Source: Craspedostauros australis (taxonomy: Eukaryota). Taken from it: a stretch of 55,263 nt of DNA. This document shows positions 1 through 12,833 of this stretch, piece after piece. The DNA lies in contig JALAGF010004103.1 of assembly GCA_030167865.1 (NCBI GenBank), positions 1-55,263 of the forward strand, written 5' to 3'. Position numbers and translations under genes: made by a program. The notes below the pieces were generated by a model. That model did not search any database. It was given only the letters and a program-made list of their open reading frames with translations, and had not been told where the DNA came from. The stretch's first letter is position 1; each line of letters opens with the position of its first letter.

Positions 1-1975
1 AACATGGACAACAACAAAGCAAGCGACAGCGCTGATCCTTCTGTTACTTCTCCAAGCACTGCTGTTGGTGCACGTTGCAGACGCGTTCGTTGTGGAGCGA
101 TCGAGCAGAGGTCCATTGGCATCTTCCAGCTATGTGGCTTCCTTTCGGTCAAATTCACACGCCATGCAATCTGAGGCCGTGTGTGGCGGTGGCTTCATAG
201 CAAGGAATGCTCCACATCTACATCCACACCTGCAGCAACGTCAGCATCGGCACAAGTGGGAAATCAAGCAGAGCAGACAAAACACTCCCACGTCGCTGGC
301 AGCCACAAAACGATCACACACAATCAACGACACCGGTAGAGACAAGGATGAAAACGAGGACATACTCGGCGGCGCAACCGGCGACTCCTCATCGATGCTC
401 TTTGGGATCCCAACAGACGTGATGCAGCCCCTCGCAATCTTGCTGCTGTCGCAGTTCATCTTGTTCCTGGGAGTTGGCGCAGTCATCCCATCCATCCCGC
501 TGTACGGAAAGGAAATCGGCCTGTCATCGGCGGCAAATGGAATCGTCATCTCAGCCCCGGCCGTGGCATTGCTGCTTGCTGCCAAGTCCGGCGGCACCTT
601 CGCTGATCGTGGGCGCAGGCCAGCCATGCTGATCGGCATGGCGGTCATCGCAGCCTCAGATGTCGGCACAGCACTGGCCACATCGATCGCGCCGCTGGTC
701 GTCGCCCGGCTGGGATTGGGATTGGGACGCTGCGTGTCAGAAGCTGGCGAACGCGGAATGCTTGCAGATCTGGCGGGACGGGTGCCGGACATTCGAGGCA
801 GGATCTTGGCAGCTCAGCAGGCCGTGGTGGCACTGGGGATTGCCATCGGTGCGCCCTTTGGCGGGGTGGTGGTGGAGCAGTATGGCCCTCGGGCCTCGTT
901 TCTTTGCGTGAGTGCTGCGGCAATCGTGGCGCTGTTGATGTATTGCTTTCTTCCGGAAACGACTGGGATTAATGCATCGCGGCAGCTGGAGGGTGAGTTG
1001 CAGAAGAGCAGCGCCAGTGCCAGCGCCAGTGGAGGTGCAGGTATCGACACAGACATGGGCATGGCCACGGACATGGCCGCCGAAACGAACAAGCGGACTT
1101 CTTTCATCGAGTCCATCTTCATCGCTCCACCGGAAGCCGTTGAGAGTGCGACAGGACCCCAGCAACAGAAAAAGAAGAGAACGCAGCAGCAATCGCAGCA
1201 GCAGCAGCAGCAGCAGCAGCTGGAAGAAGAAGAGGAGGTGGGATGGGGGGAGCTGCTGCAGAATAACTCATGGAAAGGCTTGGCGCTGTGCCAGGTTGGT
1301 GCCACGTTCGGATTTGCCGCCAAGATAGCAAGCATTCCCATCCTGGCAACAGCAGTACTTCCTGGTGGAGCCGCTGGTGCGGGCGCGCTGGTATCCGCGT
1401 GTGGGTTGAGCGGGTTGCTTGGTGCGCCGTTCGGCGGCTGGTTGACAGATCGCACAGATGCCAGGTTCACCGCCCTTGTCAGCGGAGTCATCAGCAGCGT
1501 TGGATTGATGGCCATACCGCTGGCATTGAATGGCGATGTGGACGCAATACTGCACACCACGAATAGCCTCGTGCTTGATGCGCCGCTTCTGGGTGGGCAG
1601 CTGACATCTTCGGCCATCGCGTTCACATTGGTGGTCCTCGGCTGGAGTTTGGGCGCAACAGCGCAAGGACCAGCTCTGACGGCCTTTGCCCAAGAGATGG
1701 CGCCACTGGGATCAGAAGCAACGGCGCTTGCTCTGCCTCGTGCGGCCGGTGATGCCGCGTACATCGTGGCTCCGTTCCTTCTTGGTCTGGCTGCCGATTC
1801 GATGCCCACCCTTCAGGGCGTAGAATGCGCATTTGCTGGCCTGGCCTCCTTGATTGGAGTTGCGCTGTTCCTCGCTTTGAGCGATAGTGATGGCGATGGC
1901 GTTCGTACTCGTGCTCGTGCTCGTGCTCGATCCCAGAAGATGGATCCATCCTCTGGCCCATCCGCATTATCGTGA
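1..1975 (+). CDS. Major facilitator superfamily transporter with probable bipartite plastid-targeting presequence (5' truncated by window edge)
   Basis: The frame is open from position 2 (TWTTTKQATALILLLLLQALLLVHVADA-FVV: hydrophobic signal followed by an ASAFAP-like cleavage site), so the start codon lies upstream of the window. About 12 hydrophobic segments, MFS motif A-like GTFADRGRRP and GWLTDRTDAR, and a polyQ/E central loop. Confidence 0.85.
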   Translation, partial: TWTTTKQATALILLLLLQALLLVHVADAFVVERSSRGPLASSSYVASFRSNSHAMQSEAVCGGGFIARNAPHLHPHLQQRQHRHKWEIKQSRQNTPTSLAATKRSHTINDTGRDKDENEDILGGATGDSSSMLFGIPTDVMQPLAILLLSQFILFLGVGAVIPSIPLYGKEIGLSSAANGIVISAPAVALLLAAKSGGTFADRGRRPAMLIGMAVIAASDVGTALATSIAPLVVARLGLGLGRCVSEAGERGMLADLAGRVPDIRGRILAAQQAVVALGIAIGAPFGGVVVEQYGPRASFLCVSAAAIVALLMYCFLPETTGINASRQLEGELQKSSASASASGGAGIDTDMGMATDMAAETNKRTSFIESIFIAPPEAVESATGPQQQKKKRTQQQSQQQQQQQQLEEEEEVGWGELLQNNSWKGLALCQVGATFGFAAKIASIPILATAVLPGGAAGAGALVSACGLSGLLGAPFGGWLTDRTDARFTALVSGVISSVGLMAIPLALNGDVDAILHTTNSLVLDAPLLGGQLTSSAIAFTLVVLGWSLGATAQGPALTAFAQEMAPLGSEATALALPRAAGDAAYIVAPFLLGLAADSMPTLQGVECAFAGLASLIGVALFLALSDSDGDGVRTRARARARSQKMDPSSGPSALS

Positions 1976-2660
1976 TGGATTCCAGCTCGATGCAGTGCGC
2001 AGAACGAGCAGGGATGCAATCAATCGATCAATCAATCGATCAATCAAAGCATACGTAGAGTGTGGTGCTCCATTTGTAAGCGCGGACGTAATCAGTGCTT
2101 ACTCTTATGATGTGCATTGATTGCTATGGTGCTTGTTGTGGTGCATGTTGTTTGCATGTCTATGTTATGTTAGGTTGGGTGACTTCGCCTTCCACCACTT
2201 CGTGCGGCCCGTGCCATCTTTGAATCCTTCGCTCTCTTCTCATAACCTGCACGGAGTTCGAGTTTGGGAGAATCGCGCAAAAAGAGCTGCTGTGACGAAC
2301 ACAGAGGGCGACAATGGCAATGGCGATGTTTTATGGTAGGTCGTACATGGAGCTGCAGCGCTCTGCATCTATTCCCAACAGCGCAAGACAATGGGAGTCG
2401 AGTACTGCTGTGTTTGCTTTGAGCATGGGTGCAGACTTCCCTGCTCTCTAATATTATGTAATAGGTGGGAGTGTACGAGTATAATGGCACGGGTAGGTAG
2501 GTAGGTAGGCAGGGAGGGAGGTGGGTAGGTAAATAGGTAGGTAGGAACAGTGTCAAATGAACCATGCGTTGCGAACTGTTTATGCATCGGTATGCGCTGG
2601 TGTGAACCGGTATCAACTGATATACGCCTGTGAGACTGCAGGAGTGTCCTCTTGGCTAAG

Positions 2661-3835
2661 CTACACCTCTTGCCATTGCTGCACATCGCTCGTGTATCCT
2701 TCATCTCCCACACGGCTAGATGACACAACAATGTCTGCAGGGACGGTGCTGGAAGTGGTCATCGCGTCGCCGTTGTCAGTGGGGAAGAATCTCTTTCCAA
2801 GGAACGACAACTGTTCTGGAGATTCTCCATTTGTCGCGTTAGTGGCAGTGTCCGCATTCATGCTGGTATGGAGGCTGGCAACCACATCCGCAGAAGTCGT
2901 ACCCGCTGCTGTACTTGCCGTCATGTCTGTCGCCACACTGGAGTCTCTACTTGAGTGGCTTGTGAAGCTGCTACGCCTGCTTGTGTCGCAGCTGGATTCG
3001 TCACGACGGTAGCAGTTCCTACTGCCCACTGATGCATTTCCTCCGCACAAATCCTCTCTCTCGGCTTGGGCAATAGGCAATGCTAGGTATGGCTTGGTGG
3101 TTACAGTTGCGGTTGCGGTTGCGATCGTCTTTGATTGTGTGCTTGGTTGTTCTGTTGCTGCCTCCGCCTTGGAATTAGTCTGGCTCTTCTGGCGGACGAC
3201 GCGTTCGTGCAGCTCTTCCTGATCTCTCAAGAAGCTTGGATGACGATAGGATCCTCGGAATGTGGCTTTGCATTCTCTAATGAAGCCATACAGCTGCAGC
3301 TGTTGATTGTGCACAAAGATCAAGGGTAAATGGTACACGGGCAAAAGGTAAAGGATACGAAAGGATTAGGGGAAGGGGATGTGTGAGTATAAGAGGGTTG
3401 CCAGCGTGGTAGGCCACACGATCGATGGCGCAGGAGCGTGCTGTTGCGTTGGGACAATCTCAAAAGAGCACCGGGATGGCAGGTACAAATGGCATCTTGA
3501 TAGAAGTACCCTACTCGTATGGTACGTACCTGCCTGGTGAAGCTTCTGAACTTGGTCTGTCTGAAGTAGCGAGGCATGATATGTTCCACGAATCCATCCA
3601 CGCTATGCACCTTGAATGCTTTTCCGTTGGCAACCCAGGATACGATGTGCTCGTTGCCGTCTGCCGCGGCATCCCGGAGCATGCGATGGAGTTTGCATGG
3701 GAATGTCTTGTTGTGCCTGTTCTTGCGCCGAGTGGCCTGTCGCTTGGCATTGGAGATCGCCTGCTGCTTCTGAAGCTTGGCGATGTCAAGGTTGGGGAGG
3801 AAGACCCTGGGAGTGTGGTTCGTTGTCATCATCAT
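2661..3835 (-). CDS. Heat shock factor (HSF-type DNA-binding domain) protein, 2 exons
   Basis: Exon 1 3835-3530, intron 3529-3300 (GTACGT...CAACAG), exon 2 3299-2661. Splicing rebuilds FPCKLHRML..IVSW..GKAFKVH..F..IMPRYFRQTKFRSFTRQ|LQLYGF..YRHPSFLR, a canonical HSF domain. About 314 aa. Confidence 0.88.
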
Positions 3836-6800
3836 CTTGAACGAGAGCGAGATCGTCAGCGTGAGCGTGAGCGGAAACAGAGGTGAAGAAGAGAGTGAAT
3901 GCTACTGGAAGTGTTGCTGTGTTGCTGTGTTGGTACGAGTAGTGCTGAGATGCGGTGTGTGTTCTGTGGTTGTTGCGGATTTGAATATTGTGAGACCTGT
4001 TGGGTTTGTGGGTGGATCCGTAGTTCGATGTGTTTTGTCCTTGAGTACTCGCAGAGTGGGGTCAGCGTAGAGTGGAGTAGAGTGGAGTATAGGGAAGCGG
4101 GGCAATCTCAGTTCTGATCTTTCAGTGTTTTTTCTCTCTGGTCTTTTGCCGTGCTCTCCTTGGATTTGTCCGGTCTTGGCTATTGACGTGTACCGCCTAC
4201 TCCATCCTTATCTGATCTTGGTAACGTTGGATTCTTATGGTGCGTACACACTTCGCCTCTCCTCTCCTCTTCCTGCCGCTTCTTCCCTTCCCATTTCGTC
4301 TCCGGTTTGCTGTCAGGAATACTCGCAGACAATCTCCGTGTAGAGTCGAGTAGGACGCATCGGTACGGGCGCGAGCTGCGACTATGCATCGAAAGGGGAC
4401 AATCAGTCAGCCAGTTGAATGCCGGGTGAACAGACAGACATGCAGATACGCTGAATTCGTTCGTTCGTTCGTTTGGTCGTGTCGTATCGTGTCGTATCGT
4501 GTGTATCGTGTGTGTTGTCCGTTTTTGTGCCTTCCTTCACCACACTCAGACACACACGTACTTGCACAGAACTTAGAGCACACGCCGCTGCTACTGCCAT
4601 CGCCAACTGTCCCGAGAGTCACCTACTCTACAACCGCGCCTCCACAGCCATGATGACATGTACGCCTCCAGCTACAATTGCAACTATATCTACACCTACA
4701 CTTACACTTACACTTTTATCTAAGATTGCAACTCAATAGCACGAAGCACGAACATCGCTACTGATGCGACTACGTTGATTGATGGTTGAACAATCAAGGT
4801 ATTTCCGTGGACTTTGGACGTATCCAACATCACCTCCAGTTGCAACGACGACCTATTCATCTTCTTTCATCGACAACAACAGCAGCAGCGTCAACAGCAG
4901 CAACAGCAGCAGCAAGCACAGTATCAGCATCAGTACCAAGGTCACAACCTCAGATCGCCAACCATTTCGTTGGACGCACAGAACACCCTCCTCATGTTGG
5001 CTTCGTTAGCATACTGGACCCATACTTATTGGAGGTGGTCTTGGGTTGCCTGGATTGGTCGCCAAAGGTATGAGTTTACTCCTCGCAGGCCCTCCACAAG
5101 ATCCAATTGCTACCATCTCTGGTGTTGTGTGAGGGATTGCGTCTGCATGCAATCTGGTTGCCAACCAACTGTGTTCCGCAGGAGCCGATTTTGGCAGAAT
5201 GGCACAGCAGAGCAGGGTGGAGCAGATCCGGAGAGTCGAGAAGAGGAGGTCAGGGTGCAGAAGAGAACGGATCCGAACAGGGAAGGGCAGAGCGAAGCGA
5301 GCGTGGCGGAGTCCCTCTGTTTGTTGTCTCACCGACATTTGTCGTTCGATGTTGTTGCGTCGTATCTGTTGCACTTGGTGCAGCTGCCCGATGGGATTCC
5401 TTGTGGTGCTTCGCGGACACAGCTAGACCTGCATTTATGCGAGTGTGCCTGTTTGTGTGTGGAAAACAGCATTCGAAGAATGGCGAACTCTCATCCAAGG
5501 AATCCGACGACATGCTAAGCTCGGAAAGACGCGATCAGAGTGTTCGCTGGAGAATCGTCATGGTGATTCCTTGTATTTGACCAAGGGCAGAAGGAACAAT
5601 TGAGAGCTAACATCTGAGCCCCTGTGATTGTTGAACTGTGAATGAAAGCAGCGCAACGGGTCTGTAACAACGAGCAGTGTCAATAGACTCATACGATCAT
5701 ATGTTTGAGGGAAAATGATTGGTGGAAGCGCCACATTCGTGACAGGATGGCAATAAGATGATAAAATTGCTGTATCCGCCGCGAGCGTCAACAATCCCCA
5801 TTGAAGGGCTGTTGTGAAAGTGCGCAAGTGTCCAGTTCAACATGATTGAGAGGTGTTTGTGACTGTTCATTGACTCGGTAGCACTTTCGTTGATGTTGTG
5901 CTTCCCCTCTTCCACGCCGCGGTAGTACCGGGGCTGGTGTCGTTGCTCTTCGAACTGCAATCTGGTTCTGCTCTTGTGGTCATGGCATGGTGTACGGCCT
6001 GGCGTGGTGTGGCACCTCCGCTGACACCACTTCCATTCCGTCAGGCACGCAAGCAATCAACGAAACAAGGAGAGAGCAAGGAGAGAGCTGCGACAATGGC
6101 GCAGAGCAGAGCAGAACAGAACACAACAAAACAGAATCAACCGCGACAAGGCAAACCACTGGGATGGGCAGAAATGTGACAACATGCAGGATCTCAGACA
6201 TCACCCAGAGTGTGCTCGTTCAGAACAGCCCGGCGCTGGATTTGGAGACGTGCGAAGAACTGTGCAAAGAACTGTGCACAAGGGACCACATCGCCCAGGT
6301 TTTGGAACCCATCAATCAGCACACATCGGTCAAACAAACAGAGACCAGCACGCTTCGTTGGCCTTCTCGCGGTGCTCGTAGATGCGCGGGTGTGTGATGT
6401 GCGTACCTCCACAATTGTATCCAGACACCAAGCACATTTATGTTTGGCCTGGATCTGACACGACCAAACTCAGGTTGAAGTGTGATTGAGCCATCTGATC
6501 TCTGGACTGACCGCGTCAGGTTCGTCGGAGTGATACTTTCTGTACCTATCAACTGTGCCTCTCTGTCGCCTCCTTCTGCCTGCAGAACAAATGGCATCGC
6601 ATTGATGGCGACGATGTGTGATACATCACGCAAAGCAAAGCAACACGAATTGCTGTGAAGGACTCCGCACACAGCGTGGTGCGTGTCTCCACTCCTATCG
6701 GAGGTATGGCGACATCTCAATCATCTTCGTGATATGCGAGAATGGAGCAATGTGTTGTGGACGCCAGCGCTAACATCGACACGACGCCATGCATGGGGAC

Positions 6801-8641
6801 ACGCATCAACTGCCGTGTACAACCAAGGAGTAATCGCAGCAATGACATCACTATCCGCGTCGAGATCCATACCGATGCCAATCCAGTGGCGAATGAACAG
6901 GCAGGATATTGGCGGAGACTGGTCGTACCAGCGCCGGCCATTTGGTCAGCAGATGCGCTTTCGTGTTCCCGCAGCTCCAGAGCACAACCTTTATTCGTAT
7001 CCGTATTCGTTTGGTACAGGTGTCCCATAGCGGCCAGAGACAGACGGAGGCAGAGAATGAGCGAGATGCATACTCGCAGGGTACCTGCTTGGCTGAAATC
7101 AAGACAGACGAATCATGAGTACGAGCAGGATCATTCATCCGGCATCAACATTGGGAGCAGCGCAGCCTCGAGAATGAAGACGATGCCATCGCACAACTTG
7201 TGATATATTAGATGGTATTGTATTGCATTGCATTGAATTGTACTGCATTGCACTCATATTTGTACTGGAGTAGAGTGCAGTGTCCTGCCCTATTCATGCT
7301 AATGTTTCTGATGTTGCTGGCAAGCCAGGACGGCGAGAGAGCTGCTGCTTTGTGGTGTATTGTGAATGGATGTGTTTGCTGCCAGAATTGTGAGCAACAA
7401 TTTGGTGTCGTGAACGAACTCATGAACCGTGCGAACCTTCGTGTTCTCCTTGCACCGTAAATAATTATCACAGAGAATGTCACACCATTCCGTACAGAGA
7501 TGTCGAGATCACGCAATCTGGGACACGCTTGAATGTATCTCCTACTCTGTCCTTGTTGGTGATGTCGTTTGAGGAAACAGTAGATGGTGTTGGGACCATC
7601 AGGACTGCTTGGATTGCCAGTTGCGGAAATGACCCTGGTCACGCCATTCGCAGATGCAACCGGCATCTGCGCGCTCCTACGATCGCGTGGTAGGTTGGCC
7701 TGGTACAAGTTTCAATTGTGACCTGATGTGGCCTGTGGCGCCAGGACGGAAATACCGAGTAACCTTGCTGGCAACAAGAATGGCTCTGTACAGGAGGTGC
7801 TGATCGCGGTTGCTTGAGGATTACAGGGTATGCGCGCGGTACCAGCAAGGAGTCGCATAGCCTAGTTCACGCAATACTTTTCGTGCAGAGCAAAAGTGGC
7901 ATGTTGCATTCGATGCCATTTCGAACAGAGAGATGGTTGCGACACCTGTGCGTGTGTTCGGAGCATTCTCGTAGCAACATTCAAACCCATAGAGCGAAGA
8001 CGATGAGAGAACGAGAATAAGAAAAGTAGATGAGCAAATCAGCGAGCTCAGCAACGACTTCAGCAGCGAAGGCGATGGCACAGCACAGCACAGCACAGCA
8101 CAACACGGCACGGTGATGGAATTGTTTGTGCCAGTCATTTGTGAGAACATCGTGGCACTCAAGGATCGCCTCTACACTATGACACAATACTTACCTGCGT
8201 ATCGGATGTTGTTGATGGACTTCGAATCTGTAAGACCATCGCGGACTTGTGCGCAGCGTAACGAAATTGGATGCGATATGTTCCGCCAGGCTGCGCATGT
8301 ACATCTCCCGATGCAAAATGTGACGATGCAAGTGTAACTTTCTTGGCGTCCATATCAGCGCGGTTGAAAGTTACACGCCAAAAATCGGCGCATAGTATTA
8401 TATAATAGTGTGGTACGAGTAGTAGTTGTAGTACATCTCGCAAGAGTAAGATGACTGAAAGAAATTGGGATGAGTAAGACATACAATGCAGTACAGCGCA
8501 GCGCAGCGCAGTATTTGTACAGTATCCACGAAGTGGCCAACTTGTTTGTGCACGATACGAATGATCGATCGCTCGAAGTAACGGAATCAAGTGTTTCTCA
8601 CCGATACAGTCGGCCAGTTAACCAGGAAGCTAGCCAGCCCT

Positions 8642-10177
8642 TCAGGTCGGTGCTTGGGTGGTGCTCTGGTTGTCCTCTCTGGGCTTGCTGTGAGCCCCAT
8701 CGTGCGTATCCTTCTTTTGTGTTGCGGGCGGGGGATCATCTTGAACCTCATCTCGTTGTTGAGCATTCTTCTTCTGCTGCTGCTGCTGCCCATGGTGATA
8801 GTGGTGTTGGAATCCATGCTGCGCTGTCAACGGCTGTTGGATGTACTGGGCGGACTCAGGCTGGTCTTGCTGGACTGGATTGGCTGATGGTTGCAAGGTT
8901 TGATCCAAGTGAGTCAGCTGGTGTGGCTGCTGTTGTGGCTGCGGTTGCAACTGCTCCTCTTGTAGCGGCTGCTGCTGCTGCTGCTGTACTGAGACATGGC
9001 CCGTATTGCTGGGGAGCATGCTTGTACTCGGCTGCGCTTGCGCTTGCCCTTGTCCTTGGATCGAAGCAGTGGTGCCTGAAAGTGCTGTTGGCAACAACGA
9101 TGTTGCTGTCGCGAATGTTGGCGGTACCCCACCCAAGCCTAATATCTGCTGTTGGAGAAGTAGCTGGCTGACCATGACAGCCTGTGCCATGATGGCGTCG
9201 TATGCTTGCTGTGGTATCTGTGGCAGATGTTCAGGTTGTGTCGATTGTGTTAGTTGCGTGGGTTGTTGAGGTATCTGTTGCGATGGTGCTTGTAGCTGTG
9301 CCGCCTGGAGATGGGTTCGAGGTTGGATATGCTGCAGCGGCTGAAATTGAGATCGAGGTAGCAGGCTAGCAGAAGGTAGTGCCATGTTGGTCGCGAATTG
9401 GGGGTGACGTGGTAGTATTTGGCTCGAGAGCAATCCCGCAGTGGCAGGTGCCGTGGTGTGTGGAGTCTGCGTTGTATGTGCAGCTGCATCGACAGACCCA
9501 TGAGAGTGTGATTCGAGATGAGGTTGAAGCTGAGGCTGGATTTGCGGCTGAATCTGATTCTGAGACCGGGCCCGAGGATGAGAATCGATTCCTCCTTCCA
9601 GCTGCCGTGCTTTGACTTGCCTTATCGCATTCCGAAGTTGTTCATTTTCGTGTTTCAGGGCGCTGTTGGCGATCAGGAGCTCCTGCTGCTCAGCTTGTAT
9701 CATGTCGATCAGAATGCGCTTTCGGTTCCTGTTCCTCTGTGCATTCACCCGGTTCATCTCCAATCTCCTCACCTTCTGGAGCTCTTCAGACAGCTCAGGT
9801 TGGTTCTGAATTTCGGCGTTGGTGGCTGCGCACGCTGCTGCGATGTTACTCGTGTACGTCATGTCGTCGGCCGATCCTGTTGAGTCGGCAATGGAGGTGG
9901 ATCCTGTTCTTGCTGGCTGTGACATCCCTGATGCCGCGATGGCCGTTGTCGTTGTCGTTGTCGTTGCAGTCATCTGCGCCGTGGATGCGATGTCAGCAGT
10001 GCTGGATTGGTGGAGAGACTGATGGATGTTAGGGTTGCGTCCCTGTTGTTGTTGAGGAGCATGATCGGTAGTTGCTTCGCCTCTTTCATCTCTTGGTTCT
10101 GAAGCCGCGGGAGCAGGTGTAGGCGCTGCTCCTGATGTTTGTGTGGCGTTGGAGGATGACTCTTGTCGATTTGACAT
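8642..10177 (-). CDS. bZIP transcription factor with Gln-rich C-terminal region
   Basis: Basic region RRLEMNRVNAQRNRNRKR (N-x7-R) followed by heptad I/Q/N/N-L repeat (ELLIANSALKHENEQLRNAI); the rest is Q/P/T low complexity. 511-aa ORF. Confidence 0.8.
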   Translation of the reverse strand: MSNRQESSSNATQTSGAAPTPAPAASEPRDERGEATTDHAPQQQQGRNPNIHQSLHQSSTADIASTAQMTATTTTTTTAIAASGMSQPARTGSTSIADSTGSADDMTYTSNIAAACAATNAEIQNQPELSEELQKVRRLEMNRVNAQRNRNRKRILIDMIQAEQQELLIANSALKHENEQLRNAIRQVKARQLEGGIDSHPRARSQNQIQPQIQPQLQPHLESHSHGSVDAAAHTTQTPHTTAPATAGLLSSQILPRHPQFATNMALPSASLLPRSQFQPLQHIQPRTHLQAAQLQAPSQQIPQQPTQLTQSTQPEHLPQIPQQAYDAIMAQAVMVSQLLLQQQILGLGGVPPTFATATSLLPTALSGTTASIQGQGQAQAQPSTSMLPSNTGHVSVQQQQQQPLQEEQLQPQPQQQPHQLTHLDQTLQPSANPVQQDQPESAQYIQQPLTAQHGFQHHYHHGQQQQQKKNAQQRDEVQDDPPPATQKKDTHDGAHSKPREDNQSTTQAPT

Positions 10178-11150
10178 GACGATGACTGCTTGCGATCAGA
10201 GACGATGGTGCTGCCACTCTATGCTGTCTTGTTGAAACGATCTGTGGAGAGGAGAGTCTGTGCGTGTGCATGCGCATGTGCATGTATGCACATGTCTTTG
10301 GCTTTTGGTCTGCGTTTCTGCGTGTGCGAAGCTCGTACGTAGAACGTGCCTGCGATGTGCTCCGAGGTGTCAGCAATGAAGTCTGAGGTCGAGACCTCTG
10401 TGGTAGAACGATGGGACTGATCAAGAGGGAACGCTCTGTCAGAACTTGACGTCTGTGCTGGGTCTTCCCGTGTGCGCGAGAGTTGGCTAAGCAGAAGTGC
10501 GACAGGCTCTGACGGAGCTTGGCTCACAAGCCCGTGCCTCTTGTAGCCGTGATGATGGATGTCGTTTGATGATAGATGTCGTTTGATGACTGCTGCCGTT
10601 TGATGACTGCTGTCGTTGCTGCTGCTTTTCTGATCACTTCTGCTGCAAGTAGTGCACCGGGGTCACCGTTGATGCTGCCGACTGCGTTGAGCTGATCCCG
10701 CAACACCAACGGCAACACCAGCAACCGTAGTATCACCCGTGGTGATGACAGTAGTGGTAGTAGTAGTAGTATCAACGGAGCGATGGGAGCGATGACGGTC
10801 GTAGCGATGGTATTGATGATGGCAGTGGTAAGTTTTTTGTTCGTTCTTTCATGTTTGTCGTTTGTCACGTTTTCACGTGCCAGTACACCACAGAGTGCAT
10901 CACAGAGTGCCAGTTCGCACCAAGCCATCAATCAACTCGATCGGAGACTGATGTGCGTTGGAACAAGCGTATTGGGGGTGTGGTGCTGATGGGAAACGGT
11001 ATCGCGAGATCGTTGGCGAGACAATGCGTGACGCAAGTAGGAGCAAACCATTGACCGCAAGAGTACGAGTACAAGTACATACACGTACTTCAAAAGCCAA
11101 GCCAAGCCGGCTCAAGTGGAGCCAAAGAGAGAGGCCAAAGCACATCATAC

Positions 11151-11183
11151 CACATCACATCACATCACATCACATCACATCAC
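11151..11183. repeat. (CACAT)n microsatellite
   Basis: About 6.5 perfect copies read directly. Confidence 0.9.
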
Positions 11184-12833
11184 GCTAAATCACCGTGTCA
11201 GTATCGCACATCGCTGCATGTCAGATCGGATCAGGTCGCGCGACATCAGGAGCGCACCTTGGATGAATTGGAGAACAAAAGAAAATTCAGAACTCGGGCA
11301 CCAGGCTCTCCCATCAAGCTGTTCGTTGTCAGCCTCTTTCAGCCACGCAATGTTCCTTGTCGGTTCCACTTCAGGGGACTGGGCATTAGCGTCATACCGC
11401 CAGATGGTGACACCGACAGAGAAATGTTTGCGTCATGTAGCGATTGTTAAGGGCTTGGACATGGTGGAAGTCGCAAGGCTGTATCAACGTTAGTGTGAGG
11501 ATGTCCAAGACGACGTCTCATCCAGAACACGCAACTGGGTGGAATGCATCCACAAGAAGTTGCAGCTTTGGAGAATAGAGGACAATGGATCACTTAAGTC
11601 CTCCCCATCACCGTACGTTTCGCATGTGGGGTCGCAGCATCCAAGTGCTCCGAACCAAATCGAGAACTTTGGTGTCACGAAGTCGCTTCACCATCGAAGT
11701 CGAACAGAAAGGAAGCTGGTGTTGTGTTGTCGTACTCTGTGGTCCACCGTTTGCTTCTCGCCTTTGCCTTTGCCTTTGTTTCGCGCCTTTGTTTGATTTG
11801 CTTTGGTTTGTGCTCAGTTTGCCCTTGTTTGCGTGTGTCTTAACTGTGTGTGATAGCTGTGCGTCTCTCATCTTGGTCATGCTTCTTGTGCTTTGGGTTG
11901 AGTTTCGCTTCGTTGGATCCAAGACACCAAAGATACCATTCGCTTCTTCGCTTGTTCTTTTCGTTCTCCATTGACGTGTTTTGCGAGGGTACGTGGCAGC
12001 CGAAGGATTGCGACAATTTTAGTGTACAAACGCGAAGCCTCCACTGACGTGGAGAAGAGTTTTGCGGCTTCGTTTTCACCTTATGTCGGACACTCTAGAC
12101 CCGGTCACGTCCGAAATACTGCGATATGGATGTTCGTTAATGTTCGTCATGAGATCTCGTTATCGGACACACATTTTCGTTTCTTCGTGATTTGTCCCCG
12201 CGACTCGATTTGGCCCATTGCTCACATTGTGGATCAAGGGAGTCGAACTTTCTTCCACATCGCGCCATTTTCCAAAGCAGTGTTCGATCAAAAACAAGCG
12301 AACGATCGTCGATTTTCGATGGCGCACACCCCATCTATCAGACAGACGGACAGTTCACCCCAGTAGGTTTTGTACAGAGCGCTACGTGGGCGATGGAACA
12401 GACAGAGTCGCCACAATTGTTTCTCGCATCGCAGAATCGAGATTTGACCCAACATGGGAAAAACAGCATGCGACACCTTCGTTTGTGTGGAGTGGCATGT
12501 AGTGTTGGCAGATTGCACACAACCCAACCATTTGGGAAAGGACAAGCCGAAGGAGTGGCAACAACGACCTGCAGACCTTGTCAAGAATAACACCCTCTGC
12601 ACGAAGGAACAAGATCAAGACCACCAAGCTCATCAAATATCAGATCGGACACGAACAACACGCGCATAAATACCGCCTTCATTGTACAGTTTGCCAACTC
12701 CTCCTCCAACCGACTTCGACTCTGACGACGGGAGCAGAAGCACCCCTTATCCACTAGCGTCTCGATGGCACTTGCCGTCACAACGAGCAACCCCACCTGC
12801 ACCAGAATTGTGACAAGCACCCTACCCACCAAC

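Noticed and set aside
4814-5518. 234-aa polyQ-containing ORF
   Set aside because: It starts at TTG with an in-frame stop just upstream, has no recognisable domain, and the polyQ comes from a microsatellite.
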